Shown: piece after piece, positions 36,472-43,792 of the stretch
How positions within the stretch are numbered: position 1 is the first letter of the stretch
Layout of the letters: each line of letters starts with the position of its first letter
The notes under the pieces: model-generated
Database searches by the model: none
What the model was told of the DNA's origin: nothing
The model's input: the letters and a program-made list of their open reading frames with translations, nothing else
Origin: Tepidisphaerales bacterium
GTDB lineage: Bacteria > Planctomycetota > Phycisphaerae > Tepidisphaerales > Tepidisphaeraceae
DNA length: 53,733 nt
Direction: 5' to 3'
Assembly: GCA_038223165.1 (NCBI GenBank)
Contig: JBBRHE010000001.1
Location: 1 to 53,733 of the forward strand
Translations under genes and position numbers: made by a program

Positions 36472-37230
36472 TTAAAGGACCCGGTCGCGTCGGCGTTTGC
36501 GGTCGACGTCTCGGGCCGTGATCGCGAGGTTCTGGTGGGCGCGCTCGCAGGCCTCGTCGACGCGGGTGGTCTTGCGATATCCCTCGATCCTTCGGAGCAA
36601 GTCTCCTTCGACACTTGCAGCCGCCAAGTAGGGCGCGTGAAGCTGTTCCCACATCGCCATTGTGTCGGCGAACGTCGCGGTGGTGCCGACCCGGTCGCCG
36701 ACGGGCAAGGCACCGGCGTTCATCACGATGCTGTGCGGCGGGGCGAGCGTGAGCAATGCGTCGATCGAACGCTCGGTCGCATCCGGCAGGCGCGACTCGG
36801 GCAATGGCACGATGACCACCGCGCGTTCACCCCCTACGATCGGGAAGACGGCCGCGAGGAATGTCTCAACGTACAGCGATTGATGGGCTGCCAATTCACG
36901 AACCGCCAACGCAGGCGCGATCGAACCCCAGCCCGCTACGAGCAGTTGGCCATGTGGATAGGACGCTACGATCGCGGTCGCATCGATCGGAGGCTGGTCT
37001 TCAGTCGTCGCGATCAGGTCCAGGCGTACAACTCCTTCACCACACCGTTGGCGATGCTGCCTGCGAGCTTCCTGCAGGGGGAAGTACAGGCGCGACAGTG
37101 TGTCGAAGTCGTTGGCCACGATCGCGAGCCGCTCGGCCTCGACGAGCGTCGCAATGGCCGCGATATAGTCTGTCTCCATCAGCTGGGACTGTCCCCGTTC
37201 ACAAAGATCCTGAAGCGCAGCATCGGCCAT
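36472..37230 (-). CDS. Hypothetical protein (252 aa)
   Basis: Long ORF with ordinary amino-acid composition. The opposite-strand ORF 36367-37245 is Arg-rich and looks like a shadow. No family recognised. Confidence 0.5.
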   Translation of the reverse strand: MADAALQDLCERGQSQLMETDYIAAIATLVEAERLAIVANDFDTLSRLYFPLQEARRQHRQRCGEGVVRLDLIATTEDQPPIDATAIVASYPHGQLLVAGWGSIAPALAVRELAAHQSLYVETFLAAVFPIVGGERAVVIVPLPESRLPDATERSIDALLTLAPPHSIVMNAGALPVGDRVGTTATFADTMAMWEQLHAPYLAAASVEGDLLRRIEGYRKTTRVDEACERAHQNLAITARDVDRKRRRDRVL

Positions 37231-37335
37231 AGCTGCCGATTCTAGGGGTTTGCTCGTCGGTGTGAAGGGTAGCGACCGCGCGATGCGCGCGACACCTATT
37301 GAATGATGCCGAAAACCGGTTGGTCGCATACAATC

Positions 37336-38778
37336 ATGAAAGTGCCATTAGACCTCGCCAACCCGCGCCTGCTGATCGGTTCCGAGTGGACGGCAGCGAC
37401 CGATTCCTATGCGGTCGTCGACCCCTTCACAGGCGCTACCATCGCAACCGTCCCTCAGGGCAATACGGCGTTGCTTGATCGGGCCGTCGCCGTGGCGCAT
37501 GAAGCGTTTGAACGGACGCGCAAGCAGCCGCCATACGAGCGAGCCGCGGTTTTGCACAAGGCGGCGGCGATCCTGGAATCGCGCACGCAGCAACTCGTCG
37601 ACACGATCGTCGCCGAGGCGGGCAAGCCGATCGTGCTGGCCGAGGCGGAGGTCAGCCGGGCGATTATGACGATGACCGCGTCCGCAGAGGCCGCGCGGCA
37701 ACCGAACGGTCAGATACTCGACGTTGATGCTTTCAGCAGCGGGGCCAACCATTTCGGCCTTGCCCGACGGTTTCCGATCGGCGTCATCTATGCGATTACA
37801 CCGTTCAATTTTCCGCTGAACCTCGTTTGCCACAAGCTCGGGCCCGCGATCGCGACGGGGAACACGGTGGTCCTCAAGCCCGCGCCGCGCACACCACTTT
37901 CGTCGCTGTTGCTGGCGGACGTGCTGCTAGAAGCGGGGATGATTCCCGGACAGGTGAACGTCGTCACGTGTCCGAACGATCTGGCGGGTCGACTGGTCAA
38001 AGACGATCGTGTGAAGATGATTTCGTTCACCGGCAGTGTCAAAGTGGGCTGGGCGATCCGCGAGAATGCTGGTCAGAAAAAAAACGTCCTCGAGCTCGGG
38101 GGTAACGCGCCGGCGATCGTCGAGCCGGACGCCGACCTTGATGCCGCGATCCCCATCCTCGCCAGTGGTGGGTTCGCTTACGCGGGGCAATCGTGCATCC
38201 ACACGCAGCGCATCTACGTGCACGAGGCGATCTATGAGACGTTCCGCGACCGTTACGTCTCGCAAGTGAAGGCGAAGATCAAATTGGGCGACCCGCGCGA
38301 TCGTGATGTGCTGGTCGGCCCACTGATCGACAAAGCCGCAGTGGGACGCATTGACGAATGGGTCAAGGCAGCCGTCGAACACGGCGCGACCGTACTGACC
38401 GGTGGTGCCGCCGAGGGTGTGTCGTATCAACCGACGGTTCTGGAAAACGTCGACCCGACGGACGAGGTGTCGTGCAACGAGGTTTTTGGGCCGGTTGTCG
38501 TCCTGGCATCGTATAAAACGTTTGACGATGCAATTGCGATGGCTAACAACAGCCGGTTCGGCATTCATGCCAGCCTATTCACCCGCGACCTCACCAAGGC
38601 GATGGCCGCGTACGAACGACTTGAGTTTGGCAGTGTCTTGATTAACCAAGCCCCGACCTTCCGCGTCGAAACGTTGCCTTATGGTGGCGTCAAAGAGAGT
38701 GGCGTGGGCCGTGAAGGCGTTCGTTACGCGATGGACGACATGACGGAGATCAAAGCGCTGGTGATGAATCTGAAGTGA
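37336..38778 (+). CDS. NAD(P)-dependent aldehyde dehydrogenase
   Basis: ALDH motifs LELGGNAP (catalytic Glu) and GQSCIHTQR (catalytic Cys), plus FTGSVKVG. Confidence 0.9.
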   Translation: MKVPLDLANPRLLIGSEWTAATDSYAVVDPFTGATIATVPQGNTALLDRAVAVAHEAFERTRKQPPYERAAVLHKAAAILESRTQQLVDTIVAEAGKPIVLAEAEVSRAIMTMTASAEAARQPNGQILDVDAFSSGANHFGLARRFPIGVIYAITPFNFPLNLVCHKLGPAIATGNTVVLKPAPRTPLSSLLLADVLLEAGMIPGQVNVVTCPNDLAGRLVKDDRVKMISFTGSVKVGWAIRENAGQKKNVLELGGNAPAIVEPDADLDAAIPILASGGFAYAGQSCIHTQRIYVHEAIYETFRDRYVSQVKAKIKLGDPRDRDVLVGPLIDKAAVGRIDEWVKAAVEHGATVLTGGAAEGVSYQPTVLENVDPTDEVSCNEVFGPVVVLASYKTFDDAIAMANNSRFGIHASLFTRDLTKAMAAYERLEFGSVLINQAPTFRVETLPYGGVKESGVGREGVRYAMDDMTEIKALVMNLK

Positions 38779-38816
38779 CCTTTGGTCACGTACGTTGTTT
38801 CCTCGACAAGGTGATC

Positions 38817-39953
38817 ATGACCGACAACTCGCTGAACCCTCAATCACCGCCTTACACCAAGCCCGACGCCAGCGTGATGGTGGACGTCAAGGACGTCACC
38901 AAGCGGTGGGGTACGTTCACGGCGGTCGACAATGTCAGCCTGCAGATCAAGGCCGGCGAGTTTATCACGCTGCTCGGGCCCAGTGGCTGTGGCAAGACGA
39001 CGCTGCTGCGGATGATCAGCGGGTTTGAGACGCCGACGGTCGGCAGCATTCTGCTTGATGGACGGGACGTTACACACTCGCCACCTTACAAGCGGGACGT
39101 CAACCAGGTGTTTCAAAGCTATGCGTTGTTCCCGCACCTGACCGTCCGTGAGAACATCGAATTTGGCCTGCGGATGAAAAAGGTGCCGCGCGACGAGATG
39201 GTGGGGCGCGTCGACGAAGCGGTTCGGATGGTCTCTTTACAGGGAATGGAACTGCGCAAACCGTCGCAATTGTCTGGTGGTCAGCGGCAGCGCGTGGCGT
39301 TGGCGCGAGCGATCGTCAATCGGCCCAAGGTGCTGTTGCTCGACGAACCACTCAGCGCGCTCGATGCCAAGCTCCGACACGCGATGCAGATCGAACTGAA
39401 ACGACTGCAGCAGAAGCTCGGCATTACGTTCCTGTTTGTCACACACGACCAGGAAGAAGCGTTGACGATGAGCGACCGAATCGCGGTCGTGAACAAGGGG
39501 AAGATCGAACAGCTTGGGACGGTCAACGAGATTTACCATAAGCCAAAGACGACGTTTGTCGCTCACTTCATTGGTGAAGCGAACGTGATGGACGTGGGCG
39601 TGATCGCTGTCGACGGTGAACGGGCTCGCGTCGACCTCGGTGGGGGGATTGAACTGATCGTTGACGCGGTCAACCTGCCAGCCGGCGCCAAATCGGCGCG
39701 GATCTCGGTGCGTCCCGAAAAGCTGCACCTGACGAAACACGTCCCCGCTGCTAGTGAGAACCTGTTCATGGCAACCGTGGAGGAAGAACTGTTCAGGGGC
39801 GCGATCGACGAGTTGCTGCTCCGCACGCCCAGTGGCCGGGAACTGACCGCGGTCGTCGCGAACGAAAGCGGGTTGACCGAAGCCCTGCACGTGGGGGATG
39901 AGGTCTACATCCAGCTGCACCCGGACGACATTGTGGTAGTGCAGGAAGAGTAG
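38817..39953 (+). CDS. ABC transporter ATP-binding protein, PotA/CysA-like importer type with C-terminal TOBE-like domain
   Basis: Walker A GPSGCGKTT, signature LSGGQRQRVALARA, Walker B LLLDEPLSALD. No permease or binding-protein gene is adjacent. Confidence 0.88.
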   Translation: MTDNSLNPQSPPYTKPDASVMVDVKDVTKRWGTFTAVDNVSLQIKAGEFITLLGPSGCGKTTLLRMISGFETPTVGSILLDGRDVTHSPPYKRDVNQVFQSYALFPHLTVRENIEFGLRMKKVPRDEMVGRVDEAVRMVSLQGMELRKPSQLSGGQRQRVALARAIVNRPKVLLLDEPLSALDAKLRHAMQIELKRLQQKLGITFLFVTHDQEEALTMSDRIAVVNKGKIEQLGTVNEIYHKPKTTFVAHFIGEANVMDVGVIAVDGERARVDLGGGIELIVDAVNLPAGAKSARISVRPEKLHLTKHVPAASENLFMATVEEELFRGAIDELLLRTPSGRELTAVVANESGLTEALHVGDEVYIQLHPDDIVVVQEE

Positions 39954-39984
39954 CTCTGGTCCCGCTTCCACCGTCCGGTCTTAT

Positions 39985-40130
39985 GTAGGACAGGCATTCC
40001 TGCCTGTCTGTCCCCCCGTTCTCCCCCCGGGCTCTATATTGGTGCTATAGGCATTCTTGCCGGTACCTCTTCAGGCCTTTTCTGGGACAATTAAGTCCGG
40101 GGGAGAGACAGGCAGGAATGCCTGTCCTAC
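39985..40130. repeat. Inverted pair of 25-nt self-hairpin elements (GTAGGACAGGCATTCCTGCCTGTCT) flanking ~96 nt
   Basis: The 39985-40009 copy and its reverse complement at 40106-40130. Each copy holds an internal 8-bp hairpin GACAGGCA/TGCCTGTC. Adjacent CCCCCGG/CCGGGGG extensions and degenerate copies lie at ~40048 and ~40158. Confidence 0.75.
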
Positions 40131-40202
40131 GGCAGAGGGAAAATGCCGGCGGGTGATGCAGACAAGAATGTCCGTGCCAGCAAAAATGAGAACAAAGACC
40201 CG

Positions 40203-41009
40203 TTAGTGCCGTGGCAGACCATCGAGATACCGACCGCCTTTGCCCTGGTCGCGGCGGCGCATGAACTCGATGAGGGTTTTAACGTGTGGGTTCATGCCGT
40301 TCATGGTGTCGAACTCGGCGATGGCGGCGGCGAAGGGTTTCTCGCGGTAGTAGAAGAGTCGGCGGGCGGCGTCGTCGATCGCTTCGATGTCGGAATTTGA
40401 GAACCCCCCGCGACGCAGACCGACCACGTTCACGCCACGCACGATGTTCGGACCGTCGATCTTCATGAACGGTGGCGCGTCGTGTGTGATTCGGCTGTAT
40501 GCCGTGATGAAGCAGAACTCGCCGAGCGTCACGCGCTGGAAGATGCCGGCGCAACCACCGAGCGTCACGTTGTTCCCGAGGATGACGTGCCCACCAAGCA
40601 TGGCGTTGTTGATCAGCGTGCAGTTGTCGGCAACGTTCGCGTCGTGACCGACGTGCGCGTTGACCAGAAGCATGTTGTTGTTGCCCAGCCGGGTGATGCC
40701 ACCCCCGGCCTCCGTGCCGGCGTGGATCGTCACGCTTTCACGGAAGATGTTGTCGTTACCGATCTCGACGCGGATGTTCTCCCCACCCTTGAACTTCTTG
40801 TCTTGCGGCGGGCCACCGATGACCGCGTTCTGAAAAAACGTGTTGTTGCGCCCGATCGTCGTGTTGCCGGAGATCGTCACGCCATTGTACAGGACCGAAC
40901 CTGCCCCGATCGTAACGCCAGGACCAATGACGCAGAACGGACCGATCACCACATCGTCTGCAACGCGTGCAGCCGGGTCGACAAGAGCATGGGAGGAGAT
41001 ATTGGGCAT
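40203..41009 (-). CDS. lpxA: Acyl-ACP--UDP-N-acetylglucosamine O-acyltransferase
   Basis: Hexapeptide-repeat left-handed beta-helix with the typical LpxA N-terminus (HALVDPAARVADDVVIGPFCVIGPGVTIG) and C-terminal helical domain. Confidence 0.92.
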   Translation of the reverse strand: MPNISSHALVDPAARVADDVVIGPFCVIGPGVTIGAGSVLYNGVTISGNTTIGRNNTFFQNAVIGGPPQDKKFKGGENIRVEIGNDNIFRESVTIHAGTEAGGGITRLGNNNMLLVNAHVGHDANVADNCTLINNAMLGGHVILGNNVTLGGCAGIFQRVTLGEFCFITAYSRITHDAPPFMKIDGPNIVRGVNVVGLRRGGFSNSDIEAIDDAARRLFYYREKPFAAAIAEFDTMNGMNPHVKTLIEFMRRRDQGKGGRYLDGLPRH

Positions 41010-41077
41010 CTAACTGGTCAGGGTAAGGTCTAAAGGATGACGGATGCAAAAAGCCCTGCCGGGCTCAATCGATCCTG

Positions 41078-41112
41078 TTTCATCCTTTATCCTTCACCCT
41101 TCATCCTTATTC
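41078..41112. repeat. CATCCTT short direct repeats in the lpxC/fabZ-lpxA spacer
   Basis: tttcatcctttatccttcacccttcatccttattc, with a small hairpin agccc-tgcc-gggct just upstream (41051-41064). Confidence 0.45.
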
Positions 41113-42429
41113 CTAGACCGGTTCCGCATCGACCAACATGAACTTGATGTCCGCTTCGCAGGCCAGTTTGTCCAACACGAAAGCCTTGCAGCGGACGTGA
41201 CCGGTACGGCTCTTCACGCGAACGGTGACAGCCTCCAGCATCAGCTGGTCCCCGGGTACGACCGGATGCCGCATCTTCACCTTATCCATGCTCAACAGGA
41301 CCGCAAGCTTGCCGGTGTGTTCCAGCTTTCGGCTGAGCAACAGGCCACCGAGCTGCGCGAGCGCCTCGACAATCAGCACGCCGGGCATGATCGGGGTGCC
41401 CGGATAGTGACCCTGAAAGAAGATATCGTTGAACGTCACGTTCTTGATGCCGATCGCTTTCTCGTCACCCTCCATCGACAGGACGCGGTCGACGAGCAGC
41501 ATCGGATAACGGTGAGGCAGCAGCCGTTGAATCTTACGGATGTCCATCACCGCGTCGCGCTGGAACAGCGCCTGGCGGTCGGTGACGTCCTGCTGTTCCA
41601 TCAGTCGGCGGGCCAGCACGTGGTTGAGCGCATGTCCGCTTCGCGACGCGATGATGCGCCCGAAGATGGGTCGACCGACCAACCGCAGGTCTCCGATAAG
41701 ATCCAGGACCTTGTGGCGAGCACACTCGTCGGCGAAGCGGAAGGCGTTGTCGATCGGGCCGTTGGCTGAGATGACCAGCAGGTCGCGCGTGGTCAGGTGT
41801 TTACCAATGCCGCGTGCCTTGGCTTCCTCGGCCTCGCGTTCGAACAAGAATGTCCGGGCCGGGGCGATGAGGGTCGCGAAATCGTCCTCACCGAGCGTGA
41901 ACGCTACCGTCTGTCGACCGACCGGGGCGGGGGCCTCGAAGTCGTAGATGATCTCGAGCCGGTCGGTCGGCCCCGGAAGGGCGGCGATGGAGGCCGAGTC
42001 ACTGGTGACCTGGATGGGCTTTTTGATGATTAACGGTTCCAGCGCTGCGCCTTGATCGGTGAATCCGGCGCTGGTCAGCATGTCGACGAACGGCAGGCTG
42101 CTCCCGTCGGCCGAGGGAAGTTCACCCGCTAGCCCACCACTGACCCGCACGTTGGCGTTGGTGACCCCCATTCCCGCCAGCGCGGCCATGGCGTGTTCGA
42201 CGGTCTCGACCCAGAGCGTACCATTTTTCAGGCAGGTCCGGCGGGGGCGCTTTAGGACATTTGTCACTAATGCCGGAATCCGAGCAGACTTACCGTCCTG
42301 CTCGCGAACGAAGGTGATGCCGCTGTCAGCCTCGGCGGGCGCGAATGTCAACGTCGAGGGCTCACCTGAGAACAGGCCTGGCCCGGTAAATGAGACTTCC
42401 TTCAAAATGGTTCGCTGGCGGTCAGGCAC
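41113..42429 (-). CDS. lpxC/fabZ: Bifunctional UDP-3-O-acyl-GlcNAc deacetylase / 3-hydroxyacyl-ACP dehydratase
   Basis: The N-terminal LpxC fold (QRTILKEVSFTGPGLFSG...HKVLDLIGDL) is fused to a C-terminal FabZ hotdog (LPHRYPMLLVDRV...FFQGHYPGTPIMPGVL). GTG start at 42429. Confidence 0.92.
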   Translation of the reverse strand: MPDRQRTILKEVSFTGPGLFSGEPSTLTFAPAEADSGITFVREQDGKSARIPALVTNVLKRPRRTCLKNGTLWVETVEHAMAALAGMGVTNANVRVSGGLAGELPSADGSSLPFVDMLTSAGFTDQGAALEPLIIKKPIQVTSDSASIAALPGPTDRLEIIYDFEAPAPVGRQTVAFTLGEDDFATLIAPARTFLFEREAEEAKARGIGKHLTTRDLLVISANGPIDNAFRFADECARHKVLDLIGDLRLVGRPIFGRIIASRSGHALNHVLARRLMEQQDVTDRQALFQRDAVMDIRKIQRLLPHRYPMLLVDRVLSMEGDEKAIGIKNVTFNDIFFQGHYPGTPIMPGVLIVEALAQLGGLLLSRKLEHTGKLAVLLSMDKVKMRHPVVPGDQLMLEAVTVRVKSRTGHVRCKAFVLDKLACEADIKFMLVDAEPV

Positions 42430-42574
42430 GTTGGTAGACAGTTGATCTTAACAGATAAGCAGCCCTGAATCGAAGGGGAGGATCTGAGACGGTTGCGGGG
42501 AAGTCATCCAACGAATCGGCCTGACGGCAATATGCTGTCAGGCCGGGTGCTATCGTTCATCGTGATGGCGTCGT

Positions 42575-42838
42575 TCAGGCGCTGACGGTCGGGCCGTGGT
42601 CGACTGCGACTTGGCTGACCTGCGCGTGCATCGCTTTGAAGCCTTCGGTGTCGGCCAGGATCGAGAGGGCTTCTTCGAGGCTGTCCAACTCGCTCTTGGT
42701 GATGATGACGCACCGCTCGTCGCAGCCATTGCGGGTAATCTCGACACGCGAACGATGACGCACGATCTTCTCGTGCAACCTCGCCAGCCCACTGCCCACA
42801 TGGTTCACGTCCAGCGTCTCAAAACCATCAGCCGACAT
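42575..42838 (-). CDS. Phd/YefM-like type II antitoxin (orphan)
   Basis: 87 aa with a Phd/YefM pattern (RVEITRNGCDERCVIITKSELDSLEEALSILAD). No toxin-sized ORF lies on either side. Confidence 0.6.
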   Translation of the reverse strand: MSADGFETLDVNHVGSGLARLHEKIVRHRSRVEITRNGCDERCVIITKSELDSLEEALSILADTEGFKAMHAQVSQVAVDHGPTVSA

Positions 42839-43046
42839 AGGAATACTCCGTACAGATTTCGCCCCGTATTGAGCTGTCCCCTTCGACAGCCTTGCCGATA
42901 ATCCGTATGGTTTCTATCGACCAAAGGTTCGATCGCTCAACGGAATTTTCAACTTGGTCTGTCGCAATAACTCGAAATGGTCGGTCCGTCACGCAGTTCC
43001 TGCGCGAAATTAGGTTAACTGCTGAATCTGCAGGGGTTACCAATTA

Positions 43047-43382
43047 CTAAAGCGCTTTGCGAAACTGTACGGCCATTTCAAACTTGCCGTTGCTGAGGGG
43101 GCGAGAGCGGACGACCTCACACAAGTGTGACGCTGCCGGTGAACCGTTGGCTTTGACGTCCATCCGGCAGGTTTGTCCGACGGCCAGCGACTCCTTCAGC
43201 AGGAACGACACGCCGCTGAACGACAGGTCGCGCGTTTGGATGTCGTGGACGGAGTTGGCATTGGCTCCATCAAGGACAGTCAGTGTCGCCTTGTGCTGCA
43301 TCGGTTTTCGATTGTCGCGACGGCGTTCGTTGTGCGGGGTGGCGAGCGAAACGGTCTGGCGAACGGAAGAAAAGCTGTTCAT
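43047..43382 (-). CDS. PilZ domain protein (c-di-GMP receptor)
   Basis: RRRDNR (RRxxxR) and DLSFSG (DxSxxG) motifs at canonical spacing. 111 aa. Confidence 0.75.
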   Translation of the reverse strand: MNSFSSVRQTVSLATPHNERRRDNRKPMQHKATLTVLDGANANSVHDIQTRDLSFSGVSFLLKESLAVGQTCRMDVKANGSPAASHLCEVVRSRPLSNGKFEMAVQFRKAL

Positions 43383-43792
43383 AGAATGTCACTGCCTTCA
43401 ATGACGTCTGACGTGATCAGTAGCGGGCCGGGGTAGATCTGCCAATCCATTGGCATTTGACCTGCGAAGGGTCGCGATGCGCGGATGCAACGGGGGCTGT
43501 AATCCCTTCTGCAAGACACTGCATCGCAAGATCTAAACTATGCCGGAACTGCCCCATTCGGCAGGGTAAGCGAGTCGTAGCATACCGTATGCCGTATGCG
43601 AGACTCTTTTATCACCGACCGATAGTTGTTGTCAATTTGGACGCAAACGCGAAAAAACGAGGCAATACTTTTCGGCGTCGAATATTTTTCAGCGTCGCGC
43701 CATTTGGCAAAAACGACAACAGGAGTTACAGATTTGATGTACAACAGGCACGGAACAGACCCATCGATGCCTGCACAAAGACGGAGGCAGTC

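Noticed and set aside
36367-37245. 292-aa plus-strand ORF opposite the hypothetical gene 36472-37230
   Set aside because: It is Arg-rich with a skewed composition and overlaps the M48 gene start region. The minus frame looks more protein-like, though neither frame has a recognisable family, so this call is only moderately secure.
42430-42574. Toxin partner for the Phd/YefM-like antitoxin (including ORF 42504-42713)
   Set aside because: The only overlapping ORF is in another frame and is His/Arg/Pro-rich with no toxin features. The remaining space is 145 nt and contains a terminator-like hairpin.
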